Below, one piece after another: positions 12,945 to 25,949 of a stretch of 64,000 nt of DNA. The notes under the pieces were generated by a model. That model saw nothing but the letters and a program-made list of their open reading frames with translations. It did not search any database and was not told the origin of the DNA. Within the stretch, counting starts at the first letter, position 1. Each line of letters starts with the position of its first letter. Origin of the DNA: Octopus sinensis (Eukaryota); NCBI RefSeq assembly GCF_006345805.1, contig NC_043008.1, positions 9,362,001-9,426,000 of the forward strand. The letters are read 5' to 3'. A program made the translations under genes and the position numbers.

Positions 12945-13500
12945 ACATGCATGTATACATACACATATGAACATGCTTGTATACATACACACATGTACAT
13001 GCATGTGTACATACACACATGAACATGCATGTATACATACACACATGTACATGCATGTGTACATACACACATGTACATGCATGTGTACATACACACATGA
13101 ACATGCATGTATACATACACACATGTACATGCATGTATACATTACACCATGTACATGCATGTATACATCACACATGTACATGCATGTATACATACACACA
13201 TGTACATGCATGTATACATACACACATGTACATGCATGTATACATACACACATGTACATGCATGTATACATACATACACGTACATGCATGTATACATACA
13301 CACATGTACATGCATGTATACATACACACATGTACATGCATGTATACATACACACATGTACATGCATGTATACATACACACATGTACATGCATGTATACA
13401 TACACACATGTACATGCATGTATACATACACACATGTACATGCATGTATACATACACACATGTACATGCATGTATACATACACACATGTACATGCATGTG
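12945..13500. repeat. 26-bp minisatellite (catgtatacatacacacatgtacatg)n, about 21 units
   Basis: Unit read directly; the unit is a strict purine/pyrimidine alternation. Confidence 0.95.
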
Positions 13501-13553
13501 TACATATACGCATACATTCATACGCACAGACGGACATAGCCTACACGCCTGCT

Positions 13554-13590
<37 letters not shown>

Positions 13591-13619
13591 GCACACACAC
13601 ACGCGAAGTCAGCACTTTA

Positions 13620-13790
13620 CCAGGTCTTTGCGTTTAGGCATGTTCGTAAATCAACCTCAGCATCTCAATAATGTCCATTACCGAGATCCTGCATCGTTTC
13701 ATTCGTGAGGTTCATCATCGCCACTTTTGCGCTCACCGCTCATTCCAACGTCTTTCTAGGTCTTCCATACAAATAACCATCATACACGAA
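13620..13790 (-). mobile_element. Short RTE LINE 3' remnant
   Basis: Minus strand GRPRKTLE*AVSAKVAMMNLTNETMQD resembles the RTE C-terminal GRPRKTW..DL..L.L..E...DR. Confidence 0.45.
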
Positions 13791-14059
13791 TATCTTAACG
13801 CGCACACATATGCATAGATGCATTGCCGTCCATCAATCTGTGTATTAATACGTTTTCTCCCCCGTCCTCTTCAGCAACTCTGTCTTTTCTGATCTGATCA
13901 ACCAAGCGCATGCGTCCATCTGCCTGTCTACCCCTCTGTCCGTCCATTACATTTCTCAAATCAAGTTACTATCGATTCTGATATGGAAAGTAATTTTGCA
14001 CGTGCACAGAATATCACACACGTCCCCGCAGAAATATTCACGCGAGCGCGTGCCTATGC

Positions 14060-14172
14060 GTGTGTATGTATGCATGCATGTATGTATGTATGTATGTATG
14101 TATGTATGTATGTATGTATGTATGTATGTATGTATGCATGCATGTATGTATGTATATATGTATGTATGAATG

Positions 14173-14206
<34 letters not shown>

Positions 14207-14243
14207 ATATGTATGTATGTATATATATAATATATATATATAT

Positions 14244-14296
<53 letters not shown>

Positions 14297-14345
14297 GTAT
14301 ATGTATATGTATCTATAATAAAGAAATAATATATATGTGTATATA
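14060..14345. repeat. (ATGT)/(TATC)/(TA) microsatellite
   Basis: Directly visible. Confidence 0.95.
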
Positions 14346-14560
14346 TGCATATATGGGTACAGGACGTCTCTTTGTATTACTTGTCCTTTTTTCTCTCGTT
14401 ACTTGCGAATTTAACTCATTTGTTTTCGTATTGCATGTTGTTTACTGCTAGTGACGTTCTGTACCCATATATGCATACACAAACACACACACACATATAT
14501 ATATTACTTATATCATTATTTAATTGAACGCCACACATCCATTTCCATGTAAGTTTATCT
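14346..14560 (+). mobile_element. Family C foldback element (probably PLE-derived)
   Basis: 23-bp inverted repeat at 14346-14368 / 14453-14475 (1 mismatch). Downstream tgaacgccacacatccatttcca is shared with 21164-21190 and 49563-49590. Confidence 0.65.
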
Positions 14561-15164
14561 GGATCTTTTCACTTTGACCGGTAAAACATATTTTTCTCTT
14601 GGCTTTCTTGAGAAAATTCTGTAGTTTGTAACATATTTGTTGTTTAATTTCTTGCATTTCGGCAATTTCAACCAATCAATAACATCTATTGAGGTGAAAA
14701 CAATTACTGCCGTAACATTTTATGGCGGCGTCATATGAAGACTATGTGTGTGTATATGTCACAGATAGCGGACGTGTGTTTGTGTTGATTGACAAGCCAT
14801 GACATTCATTATATGCGTGTGTATTCTGTATGTGTTTGTGAGTTGACATCACAGAAACCGTGTTTTTTTTCGTCAAGAAATAACAAACAAAAATTGTGTT
14901 TAGTCGTTTTCATTAATAAATAGAGGTCCAGATGTTACAAAAATTTGTACTGCACTGCCGAAGGTAAGTACGGAAATAAATATGCAAAAACAAAATAATA
15001 AATAAATATAAAATATACTATTTCTGTGATATTTCAGGTACACGCAAAATCATCTTTAGAGTTTTAGTATTATTAAGATAATATTACTCTATCTTCGATA
15101 ATCAGGTGCTATATTTTCCACCTTGTTTTGCACCTATGTGCTTACATGTATACACACACACACA

Positions 15165-15312
15165 CATACACATACGATTCACTCGACCCCAGGACTTATC
15201 CTTTGTAAGCTTAGTACTTATTCTATCGGTGTCTTTTGCCGAACCGCTAAGTTACGAGAACGTAAACACACTAGAATCGGTTGTCAAGCAATGGTGGGGA
15301 GGGGAGACAAAC

Positions 15313-15344
<32 letters not shown>

Positions 15345-15362
15345 CACACACACACACACACA

Positions 15363-15413
<51 letters not shown>

Positions 15414-15590
15414 CGATGGACGTCTTTCAGTTTCCGCTTGCCGAATCCACTAACAAGGCTTTGGTTTGCCCGAGGCTACAGTAGAAGATTCTTGCCTAAG
15501 GTGCCACACAGTGGGACTGAACCCGAGACCATGTTGTTGAGAAGCAAGCTTCTTACCATACGGCCACGCCTGCGTCTATGCATAAGTAAT
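15165..15590 (-). mobile_element. SINE family H (tRNA head, CORE-like ggcaccttaggcaag, internal CA/TA microsatellite)
   Basis: Head ggcgtggccgtatggtaagaagc, B-box gggttcagtccc, body homologous to 45445-45820 and 56705-56975. Confidence 0.85.
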
Positions 15591-16839
15591 TCGTAAAAAA
15601 TGGCGATTCTTATTTTTATCCTTTCATAAATTTTTACTTTTTCTGTTTCAACCCTTGGTCTGTTTCCTTTTGCTTTTCCTTTTGGCTTACATTTATTTTT
15701 TTTCGTCTTAACTCAAGCCTTGCTTCAATTTATTTCGAGTAATTCTGCTTTTTTCCCCTCTCTTTTGTCTCTGTTTTGGTGCCCTTTTCTCCTCAGTTCA
15801 CAAAGAGCATAGATAATTTTTGTGATAATCTTCATCTTCCTGCAGTACAATATTGAGCAATTCCTTTGTGGCAAAGAACTTCCCGTAATCTATTTGCTTT
15901 AAAATTACCTGTTATTTATCTGAAAGGTCGTCTCTTCACTTCTTTTTATGCTTTTAGTTCCATTCCATTATCCTCACAGACTTACACCATCATTTCTTCT
16001 CATGCTCTCTAACTAATTTCTCTCTCCTTCTCCTTCTTTATAAGCATGTGTTGTTCACCCCCTTTTCCCATAAGTGCAGGAACGAAATCTGCTTCGGGGG
16101 TGCAAACCCAGGTCCAAAATATATACACAAGTATAATAATAATAATAATAATAATAATTGTTATATTTGTACATCAATCAAATCCGATAAATCCAATAAT
16201 GGAAAACTAATTCAGTTCAAAAATGTTCTACGCTCGTTCGTTTTGGCGATGAAGTTTTTTTAAGAGAATGTTCAAAGCGTTTTCATTGCTCATAACAAAA
16301 TTTTAGTGGGTACGCTTGCAACCCGTGTAACCCCTGTTTCCGAGCCTATGCGTTTTCTCTCATTAATCAAAAATTAACTCCACTTCCTCTCCACATTTCC
16401 TAATGTTTCCCTCCCACACTTCAACAACATGCACGAATTTTTTCTCCCTTTCAGTTCTTGTCATTCTCTCTATTATTGGCCACCTTCCATGTCTCAGTTA
16501 TTTTATCACGTTGCCTATCTAATCCCTCTCTCTTTCGCAGAGCTTATTTCCCTTTTTTTCATTTCTCCTGTCTTTTCCCGCTATCTTTCCTCTCTCGCTC
16601 TTCCATCTCTCCCTATATTTTACTGCTTGCTCACTGAATTCTTTCCCTCTCTTTTTCACTCCTTCATTCTCTGTCAATCTATCACCTATCTATCTAACTA
16701 TCTAATCCACCTTCCTTTATGATATTTTTGCTTCTCTTTTACCTCTCTCAGCACATCCATTGTTTTCTCCGCCCACATTTCTATTGCATGAGAAAATAGA
16801 AGAAAACTGGCAAACAAAAAGGGCCACATAACTTGGCCT

Positions 16840-17118
<279 letters not shown>

Positions 17119-17805
17119 TACACACGTGGGTGTGTATATGTGCCTGTGTACGCACACGTATACATGTGTGCATACTTCCTTTAAATGCATAGTCATGAGC
17201 GCGCCATCAGTTAAACATAAATGCACGCATCCCACATCACGGATTACACATTATTAATGCATACACACAGAGCGAAAGAGAACTATGTCAACAAAATATA
17301 ATCTTGTTGTAGTTTGATGAAGGAAATCTTGTTTCAGGAAGTTTCCACGTTGACTCTGTGAATCTCCCACTATTTTCAGTAGCAGCGCTATTTTTAGACA
17401 TGCTATCTAGTGCACAGAGAGATTGGATGTCTGATTAATATATGCTTGGTCTTCACATGCAAACAACCATCTGCTACAACAATTTCAGCCATCAAATCTG
17501 ATATTTATAAAGCTCTGGTTACTTATTATTTATCTGTTATTTGTTCACAAGTAACACAAACAGGTGATAAATCACTGCAGATAGTTGTTGTTGTTCACTG
17601 TATGGGTGTTTACTAAGAAATAATATTTCTATGGGCGTTAATTGTTAATTAATAATTGTTTAGAGGGGGTTCACAGCTAATAGACGTTTATTGTTACGTA
17701 TTGAATTATAACTCTTACACACACACACACACACACATACGATCACACACACACGAACACACGTGCGAGCTCACAAACACAAACGTACACAATTATTATT
17801 ATTAT

Positions 17806-18023
17806 TTTTTTTTCTTCTTTCAAATTTGCTTCCATTTCTTGCCGAGCGTCTTCCCGACTCCTAGGACAAAGAAACTCATAGTATACATTGGTAGGCCATT
17901 ACACCAAACTCAATAGTTCGTTCATTTTTTTTAAGATTAAATTAAATTAAAAGACCAGTGGGAGTAACAGCTCTCACAGCGACAATGCTCTTCTCAATAC
18001 GTGTGATGTACCAGTTAAGACAA

Positions 18024-18024
<1 letters not shown>
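17806..18024 (-). mobile_element. 5'-truncated R4/Dong-type RLE LINE (3' end)
   Basis: Minus IVLTGTSHVLRRALSL* plus a 3'UTR closely similar to 32832-33005; (ATT)n on both sides. Confidence 0.85.
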
Positions 18025-18096
<72 letters not shown>

Positions 18097-18555
18097 GAGT
18101 GATAGAGCAGTGCATGCCATCAAAGTGACACTGAGGTAAAATATACAAAGCCCAGTATACCCATCATGACTGCTCATTTGATAAGGGTACACCAGGCACA
18201 TGCATCACAACCATATGTGCGCGACATGGTGATCTCATATCAAGATAAACAGCACATGACCTTGCTGGTGGGGCCCAGTTAGAATTTTCTCCAGGTCCAG
18301 TAGCCCACACCGCTCAAAAGGTCCTTGAATAATGGTTGTTTAAGGATGTTGAACGAAACACCCATGTTTCCAGAGGTGAATTATCCAAACCCCAAAGAAT
18401 CCCTCTGAACACATGGCTATGATGCTACCCCACAACTTCTGCTCGTGATCAGAGATGCACATATCGTCAGTCACTAAGGGACATGCTCAACTGGTTCTCG
18501 TCAAACAACTGGCAAAGAAATCTGTGGCATTGAGCCGAATATTTGCTATAGCCGT
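18097..18555 (-). mobile_element. Unclassified interspersed repeat (family F) with (AAT)n tail
   Basis: Higher-complexity block ending in an (AAT)n tail on the minus strand. It is single-copy in this window; I recognise it as an octopus repeat only from memory. Confidence 0.45.
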
Positions 18556-18557
18556 GT

Positions 18558-18772
18558 GGTGACGAGCTGGCAGAATCGTTAGCACGCCGGGTGAAATGCT
18601 AGCGGAATTTCGTCCGTCTGTGCGTTGTGTGTTCAAGTTAGCCAAGATCGACTTTGCCTTTCATCCTTTCGGTGTCGATAAAATAAGTACCAGTTGAACA
18701 CTGGGGTCGATGTAATCGACAAATTCCCTCCCCCCAAAGAAAATTGCTGCCATTTTGGTAAAATTTGAAACC
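18558..18772 (+). mobile_element. SINE family A
   Basis: ggtgacgagctggcagaatcgttagcacgccggg..gactttgcctttcatcctttcgg..aaatttgaaacc plus a (TTA) tail. Confidence 0.85.
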
Positions 18773-18788
18773 ATTATTACTATTACTG

Positions 18789-19250
18789 TTTTACTCCTCA
18801 GAACTTTCGATCTTGTTTGTTCTGGTAGATTCTATGAGAGCGGACATCAGCCTGCTGTCAGAGGTCTCACAGGGTATCTTTCCCCACATTATAAACCTTG
18901 ATGCTTGGTTGTTAATTATCGAGGAAGACACTCAACATCCAAGTACCGATCTCAAAATCCTAGCTGTCCCCAGCAGAGTAGATTTGGGGGCTTGCTCTGC
19001 TCTCATGTCAATTCCGATTTCTTTGACATATTTCTAGAATTTGGTTGTTAGTGCTCCGAGTGTCCCTACAGCTACTAGAACGATAGACACTCTCCTCATA
19101 GTCTATATTCTTGCAATTTCGTCTTTTAGTAGTCTGTACTTTTCAGTCTTTTCGAGTTCTTTGTCACTTATGCGTGCATCTCCAGGTATTGCAATATCTA
19201 TGATCTTGGTTTCTTTTTTTCTTTTATATACCACAACAATATCTGGTCTA
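18789..19250 (-). mobile_element. 5'-truncated RLE LINE (R4/Dong-like), second subfamily
   Basis: Minus RPDIVVVYKRKKETKIIDIAIPGDARISDKELEKTEKYRLLKDEIARI ... PKSTLLGTARILRSVLGC*: a PD-(D/E)xK endonuclease. The 5' end lies in (ATT)n. Confidence 0.9.
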
Positions 19251-19752
19251 TTATTATTATTATTATTAACCGGGAAGGAAAGATTGTTTTTATATGCCTG
19301 GTGGTTATGGCGAAAGAGATTGTATGGTGGACGAGATTGATGAGGCTGAAGACAAACACTTTCCTCTTTGACCAATCCCTAATCAACGTCTTCAAGTTTC
19401 ATTTGAAAATGAAAATAAGGGAAAAGGGGGAAGTGTTGTCTTTTAGCCAGTTTGGCGAAAGGGGAAATGAAAGTGGCGAGAATGGTGCGAGTGAACGGAC
19501 CTGCCCTGAGTATAGGCCTGTAATTGGAAAAAATGTCAGGGTACCAATGGCTTTTAATGGGTTTTTTTCCTTGAGCAGCCCTCGAACATCTCCTCCTTAT
19601 GAAGGATTATATATTGTTGATTTTTAAAAAATTTGTTAGTCTTGTTTACACGCAAAACCCTCATAACAAACACTCTCACACACAAATTCTTTGTTTTATC
19701 GTGTACAGTCCATAATGTTTTTTCTTAATTAAAACACTTGTGGTTAAAAAAG

Positions 19753-19754
<2 letters not shown>

Positions 19755-19786
<32 letters not shown>

Positions 19787-19800
19787 TATTATTATTATTA

Positions 19801-19856
<56 letters not shown>

Positions 19857-20055
19857 TATGTTTGACTGTTGCTTTATATTTGTACAAGTAAAAAGCAAAA
19901 GTCAAACATATTATTATAATTATAATCATTATTATTATTATTATTATTATTGTTATTATTATTATTATTATTATTATTAACGTTATTATTATTATTATTA
20001 TTATCATTATTATTGTTATCATTATTATTATTATTATCATCATCGCCATTATTAT
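19755..20055. repeat. (ATC)/(ATT)n arrays
   Basis: Directly visible. Confidence 0.95.
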
Positions 20056-20270
20056 TAACTTTTAATCTCTTTCAACCAAGATTTTGCTGTTGACTGCTGG
20101 CTATTAATAGTCTATGCAAGCTATTATTAGATTTGGCTAAATGTTCAATGTTAACAGTTAAATATTGATTTCCGATATAAGTAAATGCCTCGAAATTCAG
20201 GAGAGGCGAATATTTTATTAAACGGATTCAGTACTTGTCTCCTACTTTTATTATTATTATTATTTCATTA

Positions 20271-20318
<48 letters not shown>

Positions 20319-20341
20319 CATTATTATTATCATTATTGTTA

Positions 20342-20387
<46 letters not shown>

Positions 20388-20394
20388 CATTATT

Positions 20395-20693
20395 TCAATT
20401 TCGTTTCCATTTCTTGCCGAGTGTTTTTTCCGAGACCTCGGACAAAGAATCTCACTGTACGCATTGGTAGGCCATTAAGATAAACAAACCACATTATTAG
20501 TTTACACAGACAAGTTATGGGATAAAAAGAAAGGGAAAAGGGAAAGAAAAAAGTAAAAAAAGAGAGAGAGAATAGAAGAAAAGAAATAATAAAAAAAGAA
20601 AAGAAAAAGATAAGGGGAAAACAGGAAAGAAAATTCACAGCCGACGATGTTCTTCTCAATACGTGTGACGTAACAGTTAAGACAATCTTTTGC
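20395..20693 (-). mobile_element. 5'-truncated R4/Dong-type LINE 3' end
   Basis: Minus MQKIVLTVTSHVLRRTSS and a 3'UTR with aatggcctaccaatg..ctcggcaagaaatggaaac; 3' end runs into (ATT)n at 20245-20394. Confidence 0.8.
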
Positions 20694-20754
20694 ATTTTTT
20701 ATATGGATGGTAATCCAGGGATCAGTCTCAAATAATTTTCTGTTCCTTTATTAA

Positions 20755-20795
<41 letters not shown>

Positions 20796-20889
20796 TATTA
20801 TTATTATTATTATTATCATTATTATTATTATTATTATTATTATGCAAGCAAAATCATTAGCACGCCAACTAAAATGCTTAGTGGCTTCG

Positions 20890-21195
20890 AAACGCGGAGT
20901 AGCCGAAACAGGGACAACTGAAGAAGGGGAATATTCCTTGTGTTGTATGTCTTGTATTCTGTTTTTTTTTCGTTGTTTGAAAAAAATGTCCGTTTCTATG
21001 TTTTTGCTTTTATGTTTTCGCTTCTCATTGTGTTCAACGTTTTTTTTTTTTTGGTGTCCTGTACCCATATATGCATGTATATATACATATAGATGTATGT
21101 ATGTACATATATGTATGTATATATATATGCAAATGTTTATATATTATTTTGTTATTATATGATTGAACGCCACGCATCCACTTCCAAGTAAATTA
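20890..21195 (+). mobile_element. Family C element
   Basis: cggagtagccgaaac..ctgaagaaggggaatattccttgtgttgtatgtcttg..gtcctgtacccatatatgca..gaacgccacgcatccacttcc is homologous to 49300-49600. Confidence 0.75.
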
Positions 21196-21779
21196 TATAT
21201 ATATATATATTATCCGAACTGTACAGTATTATGTATCCACTACGGCCGATCTTACAAATCTGTTTTGCGCTAGGGATTCACCGGAGTGTCAAGTAACAAT
21301 CCGATTACATAGCGCTATGCTCATCAGAGGTAGCCGATATAGAATGAAATATGGTAACATAAAATTTAACGTATTTTCAACACTTTCTTTTATTTTTTCA
21401 TACGTACATGCATAAGACCCCCTCCACACACACACATATGGAAAAATATGTAAAGTTAATGTTTCAATGTGTCGTATTCTGTTTTAGAGGCAGGGTCTAA
21501 TAGAGTATTTTTTATAATGTTCAAGAGAGTGAAAGAAGCCCGAAAGAAGGGGTCAAGTTACAAGAAAAGAGAAAAATAAAATATAAAAATGATGTCACGA
21601 CAAGCATATAAAAGTAATTGTAAAATATTATGTGACAAAATATTTTATAGAAATTTATGAATATATTTGGAAAGATATCCGTCTAGGACTTTCATAGCAA
21701 TAGATGAGTAACATGAGGGGTAAGTTTCTTGTATATAGTTATATAGCATGTGTAATTACAGTAATTAGATAATTAACGA

Positions 21780-23310
21780 TGTAGTACTTCAGATATTTTC
21801 AAGGAAAATTATTGAGTTTCTAAAAAGATATATGCTACAAATTTTTTTTCAACATATTTTTAGAGACATAAATGACGAAGGCTTAAAATATATGTGTTGC
21901 TTGTATCAGGTGTGTTTATATTTCATATTCCACAAATATTTTAAGAAATTTGTGTCACAGCTTCCGACCGAGTTTCTAAAAGTGCTTGTGTATTGGTCAT
22001 ACCTCAATTTAAATAGTTTGGTAGTTAAACCGAAGTGCTGCTTAACTTGCTACATTTATAGGTGACATAAAAACAGTAGAATTTAACAGAAATTAGCAAT
22101 TCAAAGTATATGCAGCAGAGTTTATACGTTTCTATGATTGAATAATATTAACGGTAGCAGTAAGTGTGAAGCTTCTACTGCTAATCTTTTGCAATTTTAC
22201 TTACAGTGAAATAGTTGACCTTAATATTGTTATGCTCAAAGATTTTTTGATGTTTCTGATGACTAAAGAAATGTATATGTACAAAGTTTAAAAGGTTTAA
22301 ACTATACGATCCAAGATTGAAATAAGAATTATATCATATACATAATTACGGACATACATACATACACATACAAATATATACATACATATATTTGTGTCTA
22401 ATAATATATAATAAATCCTTAAATCCTTAAAAATATTTCAGCCCGAAAGCTGCGGTTAAGCTGGGGCACCACCGTTGAATGAGCTACATTAGTATGTGAA
22501 ACCACCAAGATGATGTCAAGTGTGTCCATATGTTGTCTAATTAGAGCATATGAACAGAAGAATTTGCGTTTCTTCCGCTCTATCTGGGCGGTGGTCCTGG
22601 AGAAATCATTACTTTTAAGTGTCGCTGCAATGATGTGGTTTGCTTTGTATATATGCATGTATTCATTTTTTTGTCTAGTAAGTTACTTATAATTTTGTTT
22701 AATTTTTCCTAATCTTAAAACCCACTTCGTTATAAGGCTTCATTACAATAATATATTACATATTTTAATGAATTTTCATCCTTCGAGATGCGCCTCAGTC
22801 ATAGACCAATGCCTCAGGATAAATGCTTAGAGTTATTCAAATTCTTATAGATATAAGTTAACATATCATTAGGTTTTTCTGTTTAGTGAGGTAAAACCAA
22901 GAAAAACTATTCTGAGATAAGCATCGTCTATGATTTTGAAGTTCAAATCTTTAAATAATTTAATAGGATTTTTCTAAAATTTACTTACTTTATTATTCAT
23001 ATTACGTAACATAAAATTGCTATCATTGTGGTACAACCAATATTGGAAGAAATTATATTTAATGTATATAACCTATGATATATAGACAAATTAATTCTAC
23101 GAATTTCTGGCGAACCTTTGACCTCATGCTAATCATCAAAAGAAGAGTTGCTATTCTTCTTTGCCCACATACTGTTGTCAAATGGTAATGGCAATTTTCT
23201 TTTCTGCATAATGATTTTAATGTCGGATCCACTGAGAGGAATGTGGTTTGTGCGAGTATAGGTTTGATAATTGGCGAATAATAACCTCTGATATCAAACT
23301 GGGTAACATA
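21780..23310 (-). mobile_element. Decayed Penelope-like element (RT core to GIY-YIG), interrupted
   Basis: Minus peptides: [11 protein letters not shown]; DIKIIMQKRKLPLPFDNSMWAKKNSNSSFD; FVELICLYII; KLFKDLNFKI; KPNDMLTYI; KIFEHNNIKVNY; QHFGLTTKLFKLRYDQYTSTFRN..FLKYLW. Interrupted by a SINE-like tail at ~22400-22660. Confidence 0.75.
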
Positions 23311-23329
23311 CACAAGCACGGACACACTC

Positions 23330-23516
23330 ACATACGTACATACATACGTACGTACATACATACGTACGTACATACATACGTACGTACATACATACGTACG
23401 TACATATATATATATATGAGTATATATGTATATATATATATATACACATATACATATATATATACATATATATATATATAGATATGTATATATATATTAT
23501 ATATATTGTATACATA

Positions 23517-23558
<42 letters not shown>

Positions 23559-23670
23559 TCTTTATATATATATATATTTATATATGACTGTATATATACA
23601 TACATACATATATATATATATAAATATATATGTATGTATATGTGTGTATACATGTGTGTATATGTGCATG
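23330..23670. repeat. (TACG/TACA)/(TA) microsatellite
   Basis: Includes about 4 copies of the 16-bp unit catacatacgtacgta. Confidence 0.95.
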
Positions 23671-24199
23671 TGTGTATGTATGAGCAAGGAGATAGAGTGA
23701 AAGACAAAAGAAAAAGAAAAGTCAAAGTGAAAGATAGGGGGTGCATACAGTTAACAAAAGAAACACTATACGCATGCGTAGGCTTATCTGTCTGAGCGCA
23801 CGCGCATGCGTGATTATGTGTGTGTGTGTGTGTATTGCTCTGCACGTATGTACAATTGTGTGCGTGGAAAAGATAGAAATTGCAAAGTAACATAAATTAG
23901 ATGAGAAAATAGAAATAAAACCATTCACGTTAGCAAAAGTAAAAAGCTTAGTGGGTCCATGTTGCTTTTTCACAGTTAGAGCTGATGTAATTCGATTGAG
24001 GTCAATCTCTTTCTACAGAATATCCGAGAAATTAGTTCTGAAGGACAGCAATTATTTGAAATTCGAATCATTTTGTTCGAGCTTTGACAGCCATATTGTT
24101 AATGAGAGTTTCTCCGGGAAAGCATTAAATATTTCCATACACTTGAAAACCCATGCATGCATACATTCACCCGTTTGCATAGACATACATGCCTGTATA

Positions 24200-24211
24200 T
24201 ATATGCATACG

Positions 24212-24244
<33 letters not shown>

Positions 24245-24585
24245 ATGTGTGCGTGTGTATGTATATATATATTAATGTGTATGTATGTATGTATGTATAA
24301 TATGTGTATGTGTGTGTTGTGTATGTATATATATATATGTATGTATATATACATATATATGTATCATATATATATAACATATATATATATATATGAGTAT
24401 GTATATATATATATGTATGTATATATATATATATGTATACATATGTGTGTATATATATGTGTATATATGTATGTAATATATATATGTATATATATAAGTT
24501 AATATATATGTGTGTATATATTATATATACAATATATATATATATATATATATTATATATACATATATATAGATATATCACACAC

Positions 24586-24670
<85 letters not shown>
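24200..24670. repeat. (GT)/(TA) microsatellite
   Basis: Directly visible. Confidence 0.95.
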
Positions 24671-24672
<2 letters not shown>

Positions 24673-24779
24673 TATTAGTTGAAATTTATACGCGAAGACA
24701 GTGTGTAAGAGGAAATAACACAGAATGAAAAAAGTATAGAGTCCAGCATGCGCTGAACTCAAGCGCTTTTTCATTCTCT

Positions 24780-24935
24780 CTCTCTTTCTCTCCGTTTATT
24801 TCCTCTTATTGCTTTCTGTTAAAGAGCGTAGGCTGGAAACGTAATACCTTTCTCCATTTTTCCCGAGTATCAAACTAATACACTTGCTTGTTGTTCATAC
24901 ACCTATCTTTGTCTATTGGTTTTCTATATAAATTT
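24780..24935 (+). mobile_element. PLE terminal-repeat fragment with a degenerate hammerhead (CUGUUAA core)
   Basis: CUUU-CUGUUAA-A-GAGC(GUAG)GCUG-GAAA-CG-UA at 24812-24846; homologous in inverted orientation to 25235-25300 and to 57460-57700. Confidence 0.65.
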
Positions 24936-24963
24936 TAACATATAATATAGATAAATATATATA

Positions 24964-25006
<43 letters not shown>

Positions 25007-25114
25007 GTAACAGAAAGGAGGAATTTTGATTATCCCCACGTGGTAGGTTGTAATGTATATAAGAAATTAAAAAGGAAAATACGCACACTTACATAGTTTT
25101 AATATAATTCTTAA

Positions 25115-25150
25115 TATATCGACCGGTTTCGCTATCGCTATTCATGATAT
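25115..25150 (-). ncRNA. Degenerate minimal type-I hammerhead-like motif
   Basis: AUAUC-AUGAAUA-GC(GAUA)GC-GAAA-CCGG-UC-GAUAU: perfect 5-bp stem I, palindromic stem III, GUC triplet; two core mismatches. Confidence 0.45.
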
Positions 25151-25239
25151 TATGTTTTATTTATTTGAATATGTATTTTTTGTTAAGAAGAAATTTTGTC
25201 CATGTTGTATTAGCTTGACGCTCTGGAAAATGAAAAAGT

Positions 25240-25275
25240 CTTTTACCTTTCGAGCCTATGCTCTTCATCAGAAAG
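25240..25275 (-). ncRNA. Minimal type-I hammerhead-like motif with canonical core
   Basis: CUUU-CUGAUGA-A-GAGC(AUAG)GCUC-GAAA-GG-UA-AAAG: 4-bp stems I and II, GUA triplet; C15.2 mutated to G. Confidence 0.7.
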
Positions 25276-25889
25276 GAATAAGAGAAAATAAACAGAGAGA
25301 ATGTAAAAAACTTGTAAATTTCAGCGGTCCAGTTGAAATACTGGAATTATTTAGATATCGTTATCTGTCAAATTAAACAAACACTGAGTTACTATTACTA
25401 AACGACTGAAATTGCTTTTGAATGTTATCGATTATCAAGTAATAAAAGAAATTAATCGATAGATCATATATTTGTGAGCGAAATAAAATCGTTTCTATAT
25501 GTTAATGTGCATCTTATATTCGATGTTCTTGTCACGTTAAATGAAAATGTGTGCAAAATATGTGAAACTGTTTTGTAGATGAAAGTCAGACAACCTTGAA
25601 TCATGTTGTTACGTGTTCGAAACAATTCGAAATATTCTTTGTTGTGAACCTGCATCTCATAGCTAATGGGTTTTTTTTTGTTTCCTATATAAATATAAGA
25701 TCGAATGATTAATTTCTTTTATTGTTTTAGGAATTGGTATAACATGCTAAAACAGGCTACCTTAAGTCACAATTTGTAAAGTTTCGGCAGCAAATTAGCA
25801 CTAATTAATTACTCTACTTCATTATTTGAATACTTCTTTTCCGCATTGTTTATACGGTTGTGTATTTCCTACATATATATATATATATA

Positions 25890-25943
<54 letters not shown>

Positions 25944-25949
<6 letters not shown>

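Noticed and set aside
12816-13637. Repetitive Cys/His/Met-rich ORFs
   Set aside because: Translation of the 26-bp minisatellite.
23175-23300. Apparent 126-nt symmetric exon on the minus strand (cag|TTTGAT..ACA|gtatgt)
   Set aside because: The sequence is explained by frameshifted Penelope RT motifs.
25540-25640. CKIC..HVVTC, resembling a LINE CCHC knuckle
   Set aside because: Requires a frameshift and is too short to distinguish from chance.
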